This document shows, in pieces, positions 17,507-27,614 of a stretch of DNA of 64,000 nt. A model generated the notes under the pieces. That model searched no databases, was not told where the DNA came from, and worked only from the letters and a program-made list of their open reading frames with translations. Source of the DNA: Flavobacteriales bacterium (GTDB lineage: Bacteria; Bacteroidota; Bacteroidia; UBA10329); NCBI GenBank assembly GCA_044356305.1, contig JBIKWM010000008.1, forward strand, positions 33,947 through 97,946, given 5' to 3'. Position 1 is the stretch's first letter. Every line of letters begins with the position of its first letter. The position numbers and the translations under genes are program-made.

Positions 17507-18010
17507 TCACTGAAATCTGACAAGTACCTGCCCTTTCTCCACCGCACGGCCTACTTCCACCTCAATGCTCTTAACGGTGCCATCGCCCGGGCTCTTTATC
17601 ACGTTCTCCATCTTCATGGCCTCGAGCACAAGCAGCGCATCGCCTTTCTTCACCACTTGCCCGGCATGAGCCTCGGTGCGCAGAACAAGGCCCGGCATGG
17701 GGGCCTTCACTTCGGTGAGTTTAGAGGTGCCGTTGGTGCTCATGCCCAGCGAGCGGAGCAGTTCGGTCATCGGGTCCTGCACCTCAAACGGATATACACG
17801 GCCGTTCACCTTCATCTCCCGGCCATCGCGCCCTTCGCTCATCTCCACATTGTATGACCGGTTGCCCACCAGCACATGCCATCGGCCGGGGCCCAGCTGT
17901 TTGACATCGGCATCCATGATGTTACCGTTCACCACGGTAGCCCCGTTGGCCGTTGCCACTTTGTAGGGGCGGCCGTTCACTGTCACTGTCTTTTCTCCTG
18001 TCATTGCCAA
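17507..18010 (-). CDS. biotin/lipoyl-attachment (BCCP-like) protein
   Basis: C-terminal biotinylation motif EAMKMEN in ...GDALLVLEAMKMENVIKSP... Confidence 0.75.
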   Translation of the reverse strand: MAMTGEKTVTVNGRPYKVATANGATVVNGNIMDADVKQLGPGRWHVLVGNRSYNVEMSEGRDGREMKVNGRVYPFEVQDPMTELLRSLGMSTNGTSKLTEVKAPMPGLVLRTEAHAGQVVKKGDALLVLEAMKMENVIKSPGDGTVKSIEVEVGRAVEKGQVLVRFQ

Positions 18011-18092
18011 ATTAACTAAATGGTCAGCCGCGCTTTGGGCCGCGGGCTACTTTTGCCGCGTTCCGAAGGGGACGAAGGTAAATTCACCTGAG

Positions 18093-20660
18093 ATGAATGT
18101 AAATGACTGGCGCATGGCGCCTGTGGCCCTTTTGGGGCTGCTGATGATAGGCTCGTGCAAGAGCACCAAGGACACGGCAAAAGGTACAGAGGCAGAGGCG
18201 GTCGCCACAGAAGAGGTGGCGATGGAACCCGAGGCGGTGTACCCATACCGTGCGGCACGCACACGGCAGTGGGACCTGCTGAATACCGACCTTGACGTGC
18301 GGTTCAACTGGGCCGATCAGACCATGCCGGGCAAGGCCCTGCTCACACTCACCCCTTACTTCTACACCATCGACACGCTGGTGCTCGATGCCAAGGGATT
18401 CAAGATCAATTCCGTTGGGATGAAGAAGAACGGGCAGATCGTGGGGCTGCCCTATGCCTATGCCGATGACCGGCTCACCATCCGTCTGGACCGTTTCTAT
18501 AAAAAGGGCGAAAAGGTTGATGTATGGGTCGATTACACATCGCAGCCCGAACTGCGTGAGGCGGGCGGCAGCGAGGCCATCACGAGCGATAAGGGCCTGT
18601 ATTTCATCAATCCTGATGGAAAGGAGAACAACAAGCCCAGGCAGATATGGACGCAGGGCGAGACAGAGGCCAGCTCGGTGTGGTTCCCCACCATCGACAG
18701 CCCGAATGAGAATATGACCCAGCAGATCAGCATAACGGTGGATAAGGGCTACCGCACCCTTTCGAACGGGCTGCTAAAGTCGAGCAAGGACAATGGCGAT
18801 GGCACCCGCACCGATGTTTGGAAACAGGAGAAGCCTCACGCTCCTTATCTGGCCATGATGGCCATCGGGGATTTCAGCGTGGTGAAGGACAAGTGGCGCA
18901 ACCTGGACGTGGACTATTATGTGGAGAAGGAGTACGAGCCACATGCCCGCAGGATATTCGGCCATACGCCCGAGATGATCGAGCATTTCTCGAAAGTGCT
19001 GGGATACACCTACCCGTGGGACAAGTATGCCCAGGTGGTGGTGCGCGACTATGTGAGCGGGGCGATGGAGAACACCACCGCGGTGATCCATGGCGAGTTC
19101 ATGCAACAGACCCCGCGCGAGATGGTGGACAAGGATTATGAGGATGTGATATCGCACGAGCTGTTTCACCACTGGTTCGGTGATGTGGTGACCTGCGAGA
19201 GCTGGGCCAACCTGCCCCTCAACGAGAGCTTCGCCACCTATGGCGAGTACATGTGGCGCGAATTCAAATACGGCCGCGAGAGTGCCGATGAGCACGGCCA
19301 GGAGCAGCTCGGTTCATATCTGGCCGAGTCGAAGTCCAAGCAGGTGGACCTTGTACGGTTCCACTATGACAGGCAGGAGGACATGTTCGACTCGCACAGC
19401 TACGCCAAGGGTGGCCGCGTGCTGCACATGCTGCGCAAGACCATCGGTGACTCGGCCTTCTATCAGGGTCTGAGCCTGTATCTGCGCACCCATCAGTTCA
19501 AGTCGGTTGAGATGCACCAGTTGCGTCTGGCCATGGAGGAGGTGAGCGGGCAGGATCTGAACTGGTTCTTCAACCAGTGGTTCTTCTCTAAGGGCCACCC
19601 GGTGCTGAGATTCGAGACAGGATACGATAGCGGCAAGGGCGAGGCCGTGGTGACCGTCACGCAGCAGCAGGACCTGGGCACCACACCGCTCTACACGCTC
19701 AAATTCGCCATCGACCTATATTATCTGGGCCAGTTGCACCGCAAACAGGTGGTGCTGACGGATGAGCAGCAGACCTTCCGCTTCAAGGTGCCCAAGCGGC
19801 CCGACCTGATCAATGTCGATGCCGAGAAGATGCTGCTCTGCGTAAAGAATGAGAAGAAGTCAGATGCCGAGTGGATGTTCCAGTTCCGCAATGCGCCACT
19901 GTTCCTTGACCGTTCTGAGGCACTCACCGCCCTGACCCAGAGCCGCGATTCGCTGGCTGCGGCCACTGTGCTCGCAGCGCTCGATGATCACAATCCGTCC
20001 ATCCGCACACAGGCCATCGAGGGCATCAAGGGGGCATTCAACTTCACCCCGAACAACGTGACGAACAAGCTGTCCAGCCTTGCTGTGAACGACCCGAAGG
20101 CCATGGTGCGCGGTGCCGCCCTCGATTTCCTGGCCAAGTACGCAGCCGACCGTGCCGACCTGCCACGCCTGTGCGAGAAGGCCCTCAAGGACAGTTCGTA
20201 TCAGGTGAACGGAATTGCCCTCACCGCCCTGGGCCGGATTGACGAGGCCAAGGCCCTGAGCCTTGCCACAGGCCTCGAGGCCGAAGCACGTGGTGCGCTG
20301 ATCTCGGCCATAGGTGGGCTCTATGCCCGCAAGGGCGGGGCCGACAAGCTCGACTTTTTCCGCACCGCATATGCACGGATAGCTGACCCGGGGCAGAAGT
20401 ACCTATTCATTCAACTGATGGGCAAATTCGTATTGAAACAGGACGATGCCGTGCGCACCCGCTCTTTGCCCACCCTGCGCGAACTGGCCCTCAATGAAAG
20501 TGCATGGTACCTGCGCCTCAGTACATTGCAGGTGCTGTCTGAGATGATGATGAATGCACAGGGCAATCAGGCCCTGTCAGAGGCCATCATGAAAATTGTG
20601 CAGGAGGTGAAGGCCACAGAGACAGACGAGAATATCCTGAATTTCCTTGGCGGGAAGTGA
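18093..20660 (+). CDS. M1-family zinc aminopeptidase (aminopeptidase N-like) lipoprotein with C-terminal HEAT/ARM repeats
   Basis: GAMEN exopeptidase motif. HELFHHWFGD...x18...NESFATY (HExxH-18-E). Lipoprotein signal LMIGSC. Confidence 0.9.
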   Translation: MNVNDWRMAPVALLGLLMIGSCKSTKDTAKGTEAEAVATEEVAMEPEAVYPYRAARTRQWDLLNTDLDVRFNWADQTMPGKALLTLTPYFYTIDTLVLDAKGFKINSVGMKKNGQIVGLPYAYADDRLTIRLDRFYKKGEKVDVWVDYTSQPELREAGGSEAITSDKGLYFINPDGKENNKPRQIWTQGETEASSVWFPTIDSPNENMTQQISITVDKGYRTLSNGLLKSSKDNGDGTRTDVWKQEKPHAPYLAMMAIGDFSVVKDKWRNLDVDYYVEKEYEPHARRIFGHTPEMIEHFSKVLGYTYPWDKYAQVVVRDYVSGAMENTTAVIHGEFMQQTPREMVDKDYEDVISHELFHHWFGDVVTCESWANLPLNESFATYGEYMWREFKYGRESADEHGQEQLGSYLAESKSKQVDLVRFHYDRQEDMFDSHSYAKGGRVLHMLRKTIGDSAFYQGLSLYLRTHQFKSVEMHQLRLAMEEVSGQDLNWFFNQWFFSKGHPVLRFETGYDSGKGEAVVTVTQQQDLGTTPLYTLKFAIDLYYLGQLHRKQVVLTDEQQTFRFKVPKRPDLINVDAEKMLLCVKNEKKSDAEWMFQFRNAPLFLDRSEALTALTQSRDSLAAATVLAALDDHNPSIRTQAIEGIKGAFNFTPNNVTNKLSSLAVNDPKAMVRGAALDFLAKYAADRADLPRLCEKALKDSSYQVNGIALTALGRIDEAKALSLATGLEAEARGALISAIGGLYARKGGADKLDFFRTAYARIADPGQKYLFIQLMGKFVLKQDDAVRTRSLPTLRELALNESAWYLRLSTLQVLSEMMMNAQGNQALSEAIMKIVQEVKATETDENILNFLGGK

Positions 20661-20696
20661 TCCTTTCAGTTCAGGTAATATTTCCGACACGTTGAG

Positions 20697-22130
20697 GTGT
20701 ACTTTCGCCCTGTCATGAGGGCTGTGTTCCGTATCCTGTTGGCGCTGTTCGTGTCGCTTGCCCTGGTGGCAGGGTATTTCACTTACACGCGCTATACTGA
20801 GCAGACAGAGAGCTGCCGTGACATACGTGCAGAATGGATACGCGGCATCGCATCTTCCATGAGCCTTATGATCGAGCCTTCGAGCATCGATCTGTTTGTC
20901 GATACCGATGCCAGCCTTAACAGCGTAAGGCGTACTTCAGAGAAGATTGCCGGCATGTTGCAGCGGGCCTCGGACATGAACGACCCGGACCTGAGCATGC
21001 AGGTGATCGTCCTGGCCGATGGACTTGCGCCCAACATTGTGGCCAAGGCCGGCAACAGCGATATCAGTGCCGGAATCAATGACCTTCCGCCCATCGGTTC
21101 GGCCCTCGAGCGTTCTGATGACGACTGGGTGTGGGCCACTTACCCCGTGCCGAGCAATACGCCCGGGGTATCGGCATTCATCCAGGCCGGGTATCCGCTC
21201 AGCATGTGCAAGGACAAGGTGTGGGGCGAACTGAAGTATTACATGTTACTGTCAGCCTTTGTGCTCTGCCTCACAGCAGCCGGATTCCTGTTGTTTGTCT
21301 ATCGCACCTTGGAAGTGGAGGAGAAGGTGAAAGCGCAGCTGCGTGCCTCGCGCGATGTGGTGGAGGCCCGCAACTCCGAGCTTCTTAGCAGCCTCAGATA
21401 TGCCGGCACCATTCAGGAGAGCATGCGCATGTCTGCCCAGGCCATGGAGCATATTCTGGGTAGCCACCTGTTGGTCAATAGACCGAAGGAGATAGTCAGT
21501 GGCGATTTCTTCTGGGTGATGAGTCTGGGCCCCGGGCGCTATGCGGCTGCCGTGGCCGATTGCACAGGTCATGGCGTGCCGGGTGCACTGTTGGCCACCG
21601 TTGCCCAGGGCATGCTCAACGATATTTTCAAGGGGTACATCGGTCAGACCCCTGATGCGCTTTTGGAGCGGTTCAACACCCGATTCATGGAGATGATGCA
21701 TGCCGACAGTGCGCATGGCGCCCAAGAGGGTATGGACATAGCCATGTGTATTGTGGACCGCGAACGCAATGAGGTGCTGCTGTCCAGCGCGCGCAGACCG
21801 GTAGTGACAGTGTCGGGCGCTGACCTTAAGATCATCAAAGGCACCAGGCGCAGCATTGGTCAGGGCACTGCGGGCGGTGCCGTTCCGTTCAACCTGGAGC
21901 GTTTTGCCATCAGGCCCGGAATGAGGCTCTTCCTTTTCTCTGATGGCATCACCGATCAGTTCGGGGGCAAGGCCGGCCGCAAATTGATGGTGAATAAATT
22001 TGGGGAATGGCTGGCTGCCATCGGTCCGCTCGGGACCGGAGCATCATCTAAACTCGAAGAACAGATGGTGGAATGGATGCAGGGACAGGAGCAGAGCGAT
22101 GATATCTGCGTACTGGGCATCCAGCTCTAA
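20697..22130 (+). CDS. SpoIIE/PP2C-family serine phosphatase with N-terminal membrane/sensor region
   Basis: IVSGDFFWVM...AVADCTGHGVPGALLATVAQGML signature of SpoIIE-type PP2C. Confidence 0.8.
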   Translation: MYFRPVMRAVFRILLALFVSLALVAGYFTYTRYTEQTESCRDIRAEWIRGIASSMSLMIEPSSIDLFVDTDASLNSVRRTSEKIAGMLQRASDMNDPDLSMQVIVLADGLAPNIVAKAGNSDISAGINDLPPIGSALERSDDDWVWATYPVPSNTPGVSAFIQAGYPLSMCKDKVWGELKYYMLLSAFVLCLTAAGFLLFVYRTLEVEEKVKAQLRASRDVVEARNSELLSSLRYAGTIQESMRMSAQAMEHILGSHLLVNRPKEIVSGDFFWVMSLGPGRYAAAVADCTGHGVPGALLATVAQGMLNDIFKGYIGQTPDALLERFNTRFMEMMHADSAHGAQEGMDIAMCIVDRERNEVLLSSARRPVVTVSGADLKIIKGTRRSIGQGTAGGAVPFNLERFAIRPGMRLFLFSDGITDQFGGKAGRKLMVNKFGEWLAAIGPLGTGASSKLEEQMVEWMQGQEQSDDICVLGIQL

Positions 22131-22870
22131 TTGAGCTGGGCCTGCCGTTGCTCCACTTCTTTATGAAGCGGGAAGAAGAGCTTGGCATTGAGCAGCATCT
22201 TGCGGGCCTCTTCCTTGCGGCCTGCGGCCATCAACTGATCAAATCTGCGTAGCACAGCAGTACGCAACACATTGTCTTCGGCCTCCGGCAGTTTGAAACT
22301 GAGGTCCTTGGCATACATGTCGCGTATCTCGGGCAATGTGCGCTCTATCACGGGCTCACCTTCTCCGGCATTGCCCGCATCGCAGTCGTACACCGCACGT
22401 ACAAAACTCAGGATCGGATCAGCCAGGAATACCTTGCCCAAACCGCGCAGCGTGATGTAGGTATGGCGCATATCGCCTACTGGCAACGACCTGTTCAGAT
22501 CCTCAATACAGGCAGTACGCAACTGACCCACAAATTCCTTCTCTTCGCCCATCACAGCCCCGTCCTTATCCTTGGCTATGGCCTTGTTGGCATATTTCAA
22601 TGATTCGATGAGGGCCTTGGGATATTTCTCTTTCAGTTTCTCATCGGTGCCTGTGGCAATGCTCAGGTACGCCTTTGAGGCCCAAAGAGACGGATACGCC
22701 TCTTTACGGTATTTATCATTTTCCATCATGGCCAAGGCGCGGTTCAGCACCTTCTCGACCTTGCCCTCCTCCAGGCTCGCACCCAGTTTCTCATACTCCT
22801 TATCCTGCGCCAGACCTGCCAAGGGCAGGAGCGCAACAAGCATGACCGATGCGAGCAGGCGTACCATCAC
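22127..22870 (-). CDS. secreted hypothetical protein (helical/TPR-like)
   Basis: Signal peptide MMVRLLASVMLVALLPLAGLAQ. Confidence 0.6.
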   Translation of the reverse strand: MMVRLLASVMLVALLPLAGLAQDKEYEKLGASLEEGKVEKVLNRALAMMENDKYRKEAYPSLWASKAYLSIATGTDEKLKEKYPKALIESLKYANKAIAKDKDGAVMGEEKEFVGQLRTACIEDLNRSLPVGDMRHTYITLRGLGKVFLADPILSFVRAVYDCDAGNAGEGEPVIERTLPEIRDMYAKDLSFKLPEAEDNVLRTAVLRRFDQLMAAGRKEEARKMLLNAKLFFPLHKEVEQRQAQLN

Positions 22871-24261
22871 CTGATCATGAAACGGGTTGACCTTCTTCCT
22901 GATTCACCGAAGGAACTGAAGACATACACACCGTTGACCAGACTGCTCACATCAACACTCTGACGGTTGCCGTCCAAAGTCCCTGAAACCATGGCACGTC
23001 CGGTCATGTCCAGTACCTGGAAACGATTTCCTTCCATTTCCATTGCAGAGCTGATGTTCAATTGACCCGAAGCCTGATCGAGCCTGATAGAGATTCGGGC
23101 CTCTTCGGCCGTGGCTACTCCGACAGGGCTGTAATTGGGGTTTTTCAGTTCGATTATCTCGTGGGTGAAGGGGTCGGTGTTGCTCCAATTGGCACCGTTG
23201 GTGGCAATGAACAGGCGGCCATCGGGCGACATGCACACATCCCTCAGTCGGCCCCAGAGATTGGTGAAAAGGTTCTCCTGGAATATGACCGTGGTGCCGT
23301 CCACATCATCCACCTTGAGGCGGATCAGGTGCTTGTTCTTTAGTACAGCTATGATAAGGTGGTCCTGAAATTCGGGAATGGCTTCGTGTGTATAATGAAG
23401 CAGGTCGCCAGGTGCTATGGTGGACCCTTCGTGCCAGATAGCGATGGGGTCCTGATAATTGTTCATAGCGGCACAGGCTGACAGTTCAGCGGTGGTGTTG
23501 CAGAATCCTTCTACAGTGGGCCAGCCGTAATTGCCGCCCGGAACGATGATATTGAGCTCATCGTTGGTCGTGGCCCCGTGCATGGAACTGTAGACGTGGC
23601 CAAAGGGACCAATGCACATGCCCTGCGAGTTGCGGTGGCCGGTGTTGTACACATAAGATCCCTGAATGGGGTTGTCGGCCGGCACACTGCCATCATCATT
23701 CAGGCGCAACATCTTTCCGTTAAGCGAACTTGTGCTCTGTGGCAGATTGGTCTGCTGCGCATCGCCAGTGGTCATCAGGATGGTCCCATCAGGCAGGAAC
23801 ATGAGGCGCGAACCATCATGCGTGGTACCGGCAATGATGCCATCAATCATGGTCTGAGGGTTCACCAGCCCCGTGCCGTTCCATTCGTAGCGAACCATTT
23901 TCTCTCTTCTTGTGGTGCCGCTCACGGTATATGTGTATACAAGGTACACGTATGGCGTGGTGCTGAAATCGGGGTGCAGCGCCATGCCCAAGAGGCCCGA
24001 CTCGCTCGATGCCCACACCGTATTGGTCAGGTCGGCTATTACTGTTCGTGCACCGGATTCCGGGTCCATGCGGCTCACAAGGCCATGCCGTTCAGTGAAC
24101 CAGATCATATCATCGGGGCCCCAGATCATCTCCCACGGCACATTGAGGCCTGTGATAACCTCCCTCACATCGAGGGTGGTGTTGCCAACGGTGACTGTCT
24201 GCTGGGCATTTGCCGCAAGCGATAGACCGAGTATGGATGCGAGGATGTAGAGTCTCTTCAT
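22867..24261 (-). CDS. PQQ-dependent sugar (glucose/sorbosone) dehydrogenase beta-propeller with T9SS C-terminal domain
   Basis: Signal peptide. N-terminal ...NVPWEMIWGPDDMIWFTERHG...GLLGMALHPDF... typical soluble GDH-B family. C-terminal Por secretion tail. Confidence 0.8.
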   Translation of the reverse strand: MKRLYILASILGLSLAANAQQTVTVGNTTLDVREVITGLNVPWEMIWGPDDMIWFTERHGLVSRMDPESGARTVIADLTNTVWASSESGLLGMALHPDFSTTPYVYLVYTYTVSGTTRREKMVRYEWNGTGLVNPQTMIDGIIAGTTHDGSRLMFLPDGTILMTTGDAQQTNLPQSTSSLNGKMLRLNDDGSVPADNPIQGSYVYNTGHRNSQGMCIGPFGHVYSSMHGATTNDELNIIVPGGNYGWPTVEGFCNTTAELSACAAMNNYQDPIAIWHEGSTIAPGDLLHYTHEAIPEFQDHLIIAVLKNKHLIRLKVDDVDGTTVIFQENLFTNLWGRLRDVCMSPDGRLFIATNGANWSNTDPFTHEIIELKNPNYSPVGVATAEEARISIRLDQASGQLNISSAMEMEGNRFQVLDMTGRAMVSGTLDGNRQSVDVSSLVNGVYVFSSFGESGRRSTRFMIR

Positions 24262-24312
24262 GCGAGTGCCAAATTACGTGTTTTACGTAGATAGTGGTTG
24301 ATCGGAAAAAAA

Positions 24313-24813
24313 TTATCGGACAAATTCTAATGTGCCGTCTGCTGTGCCTTTTCTGAGCAGTACCGACCGTGTCTGGTTGCCCACATGCACATTCACCATG
24401 TTGGTCTGGTCTGGAAAAACTTCAAGCAGTGAGGCATTCCGCACTTCGATGCGTGTGGCGCTCTGAACCCCCTTTGCTTCAAGGTAGCACCATACCGCAT
24501 CGGTCTGTAGCTCTTTGCCCAGAAACTGCAAAGTGGCAGTCTTTCCGTCCACTTTTATCCCGAGGTTCCTGCTCAGGTATGCACTGATGAGCCGCTCGGT
24601 GGCGGGAGTCTCCTGACCACTGACAAGTCCGGTACTCTGGCCTGTGCCGAGCACGATGGCCTTGTCAAGGTCATCGGTGAACAGACGCATAGACACCTCC
24701 AGAGTCTGCTCCTTGGCATTGTGGCGCACCTCGGTGAGCGACACATGAAAATCGTGCGCGCCCAATGCCCATGGGAACATGAACGCCAAAGTGGCCAGTG
24801 CTCTGATCAACAT
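24313..24813 (-). CDS. secreted hypothetical protein
   Basis: Signal peptide MLIRALATLAFMFPWALGA. Confidence 0.55.
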   Translation of the reverse strand: MLIRALATLAFMFPWALGAHDFHVSLTEVRHNAKEQTLEVSMRLFTDDLDKAIVLGTGQSTGLVSGQETPATERLISAYLSRNLGIKVDGKTATLQFLGKELQTDAVWCYLEAKGVQSATRIEVRNASLLEVFPDQTNMVNVHVGNQTRSVLLRKGTADGTLEFVR

Positions 24814-24890
24814 GGCCGAAAAGTAACCATGCTGTTCACTGATTCGGTGATGTGCGTCAGTGGTGGCGAAGTTGGATATTCGCCACCCGA

Positions 24891-25226
24891 ATGAGCCAAC
24901 TACCAGCCTGCCCCTCGTGCCAGTCGCCTTACACCTACGAGATGGGCGAGAAACTCGTGTGCCCCGAATGCGCCTTTGAGTGGGTGCCTGAGGCTGAGCC
25001 TGTTGATGAAGGCCTGGTGGTCAAAGATGCCAATGGCAACCGCCTATCGGATGGCGATTCGGTGGTTGTGATCAAGAATCTGCCTGTCAAAGGCTCGCCT
25101 CAGCCCATCAAGGCAGGGACTAAGGTCAAGAACATCCGCCTCACCGAAGGCGATCACAACATCGACTGCCGCATCGATGGCTTTGGACAGATGGCCCTCA
25201 AATCAGAGTTTGTGAAGAAAGCGTGA
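24891..25226 (+). CDS. PhnA/YjdC-family zinc-ribbon protein
   Basis: [27 protein letters not shown]... then [24 protein letters not shown]...[25 protein letters not shown] at 24891 chosen over the track start. Confidence 0.8.
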   Translation: MSQLPACPSCQSPYTYEMGEKLVCPECAFEWVPEAEPVDEGLVVKDANGNRLSDGDSVVVIKNLPVKGSPQPIKAGTKVKNIRLTEGDHNIDCRIDGFGQMALKSEFVKKA

Positions 25227-25238
25227 GGGCACGGTAAT

Positions 25239-26837
25239 TCAATCGGCCATACGTTCCTCCAGCGTCCGTACCTCAACGCCCGCCTTGTTGGGCACAAGGC
25301 TCATGGCATATTCGCTTAGGGCGGTGATGGTGAGGCTGGGGTTCACACCGAGGTTGCAGGGCATTATGCTGCCATCGAGGATGCGCATGTTGGGATAGCC
25401 GTGCACCTCGAAGCGGTCGTTCACCACCCCCTGTGCGGCATCGCGGCCCATAGGGCAGCCACCGAGTATGTGGGCCGTGCTGCTCATGTTCAGGAACACT
25501 TCGCCCATGTTGTTCATGGCCACCCCGCCCGATCTGGCGGCATAGCGGTGCATCACATCCTGCCCCACGGGAATGAATGCCGGGGCACGTTGCCCGCTGC
25601 CATCCTTCACTCGCAGCCCTTTGCCGAAAAGCCCCCTTTTCCATTCCACCTTAAGGGCGTTGTCGAGGCTCTGCATCACAAGTAGTATGATGGAATACTT
25701 GGCAAAATCGCGATGCAGCACCCGGTAAGCCTGCCGCGGGCTGGTGATGAAGGTCCAGAACGACCGAACGGTGCGCAGCGGTGCGGGACCATTGCCTGTG
25801 GCCATCACTGCCAACAGGCCCATGAGGCCGGAGTGGTCCGGGTATTTCACCAGTTCAATGTGCGTGTGGGGGTCGGGGTTGAACACGCGGCTAATGGCCA
25901 CCCCGTGGTTCATTTTCTGCGGTATGCCCGCAATGCCGCATAGGCTCTCTGAGTTGGTGCGCAGGTTCGCCCCGAGCTGGTCACTGATATCGGTGAGTGT
26001 CTTGAGGTCGTATTTCTGCTTGAATAGGAGTCTGAGCGTACCGAGGACTCCTGCGCTGAATACGATGCCCTTGGCCTTGAAAGTCTTTTCCTGCTTGCCG
26101 AAGAAGGAGGTGGACGAGACAGTGGTCACGTGATAAAGGCCGTCTCTGAATTCGACCCGAGTGACCTCACGCTCCGCCTCAATTTTAACGCCCCACTGCT
26201 CTGCGAACCACAGGTAGTTCTTGTCGAGGGTGTTTTTGGCATTGTGGCGGCAGCCCACCATACAGCCAGCGCACTCGGTGCAGCCCTTGCGCAGTGGCCC
26301 GAGGCCGTTGAAATAGGGGTCGGTCTCCTTCTTTGGGTCGCCCAGATACACGCCAATATGGTCAACAGGTGCATAGGTGTCGGCCTTGCCCATGTCGCGG
26401 GCTATGTCTTTCAGGATGCGGTCTTCGGGCCCTTCTTTTTCATATCGGCTGCTGCCCAACATGAAGCGCGCCTTGGCATAGAAGGGTTCCAAGGTCTTTT
26501 TCCAATCGCGGATGCCGCTCCACACCGGATTATCGAAGAACGCATCGGGCGGGTACATGTGGGTGTTGGCATACACAAGGCTGCCACCGCCCACCCCGTT
26601 GCCACTGAAAATGAGGATGCGGTTGAGCAGGTCAATGCGCATGAACCCGAAACACCGCAGCAGCGGCAGCCATAGGAACTTGCGCATGTTCCAGTTGGTC
26701 TTGGGGAAATCTGAATTTTTCCAGCGTTTGCCCTTTTCAATCACCAGCACCGAGTAGCCCTTTTCAGTCAGGCGCATGGCACTCACGCTGCCCCCGAAAC
26801 CTGAGCCGATGACAATGTGGTCGTAGATTTTTTCCAT
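25239..26837 (-). CDS. GMC-family FAD-dependent oxidoreductase
   Basis: N-terminal Rossmann motif DHIVIGSGFGGSVSAMRL...VLVIEKG. Confidence 0.8.
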   Translation of the reverse strand: MEKIYDHIVIGSGFGGSVSAMRLTEKGYSVLVIEKGKRWKNSDFPKTNWNMRKFLWLPLLRCFGFMRIDLLNRILIFSGNGVGGGSLVYANTHMYPPDAFFDNPVWSGIRDWKKTLEPFYAKARFMLGSSRYEKEGPEDRILKDIARDMGKADTYAPVDHIGVYLGDPKKETDPYFNGLGPLRKGCTECAGCMVGCRHNAKNTLDKNYLWFAEQWGVKIEAEREVTRVEFRDGLYHVTTVSSTSFFGKQEKTFKAKGIVFSAGVLGTLRLLFKQKYDLKTLTDISDQLGANLRTNSESLCGIAGIPQKMNHGVAISRVFNPDPHTHIELVKYPDHSGLMGLLAVMATGNGPAPLRTVRSFWTFITSPRQAYRVLHRDFAKYSIILLVMQSLDNALKVEWKRGLFGKGLRVKDGSGQRAPAFIPVGQDVMHRYAARSGGVAMNNMGEVFLNMSSTAHILGGCPMGRDAAQGVVNDRFEVHGYPNMRILDGSIMPCNLGVNPSLTITALSEYAMSLVPNKAGVEVRTLEERMAD

Positions 26838-26981
26838 GGGAATGGGTTGTTCAGGGTTTCAGCACTTCAGGATGTTAGTGTCACCGAGAGGCGGTTGGTC
26901 TGCCATTCCCAAGATCATATTGGCCATTTTATTGGGATAATCTGGCCATTCTTTATCTGATTAATCCAACATTGTCCGAAT

Positions 26982-27428
26982 TCAGAACGACCTTCTTATT
27001 CTCATTTCCAGCGATACGGTATCCGTCTCGATAAAATTGATGATGTTCTGATCTGTGGAGAGCAAGAAGGTGTTCTTGTCCAACTTCTCCATGTGGAAAG
27101 TGCCGTTCACGTATTCATCGAGGTGTATGAAAAGTGTTTCGTCATCAATCAAACGCCATTCGCCTTCCACTGAATAGTTGAGGGTGTCGGCAGCGTAATA
27201 GTCGCCTGTGCACACATCATTGTCAAGGAAATGGACCATGTACCGGTAAGCCGGATCGTGGCTAACGTAGCCTGGCAGCACCACCTCCATCAGAACAAAA
27301 CTCAGTCCTTCTATGCGGGTGTCATACAGTTCGTAGTTGGCATTGCGCAGCCCGAAATCGACCATGGTGGCGCATGCACCTAGAATGAGCATGGATGCGA
27401 GAAATACCCAGATTCGTGCTGTTGCCAT
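26982..27428 (-). CDS. hypothetical lipoprotein
   Basis: Start ATG 27428 (MATARIWVFLASMLILGAC, lipobox). Confidence 0.5.
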   Translation of the reverse strand: MATARIWVFLASMLILGACATMVDFGLRNANYELYDTRIEGLSFVLMEVVLPGYVSHDPAYRYMVHFLDNDVCTGDYYAADTLNYSVEGEWRLIDDETLFIHLDEYVNGTFHMEKLDKNTFLLSTDQNIINFIETDTVSLEMRIRRSF

Positions 27429-27614
27429 GAGAAGCCGAAAATGCGGAAAAAACTCAAGGTCCAGTGCCTCTGCTCTTGGTTCATTCAAGTGAAGCGGTCG
27501 GTGGATGTGTTATTTCTGAGTTCAAATGGCTTATTCGTTCCTCCGCCCAAGCTAGCCTGACGTGCTCAACACGCATCGCCCTCATGCACCACCTTTGCCG
27601 CACCCTACGCAGCC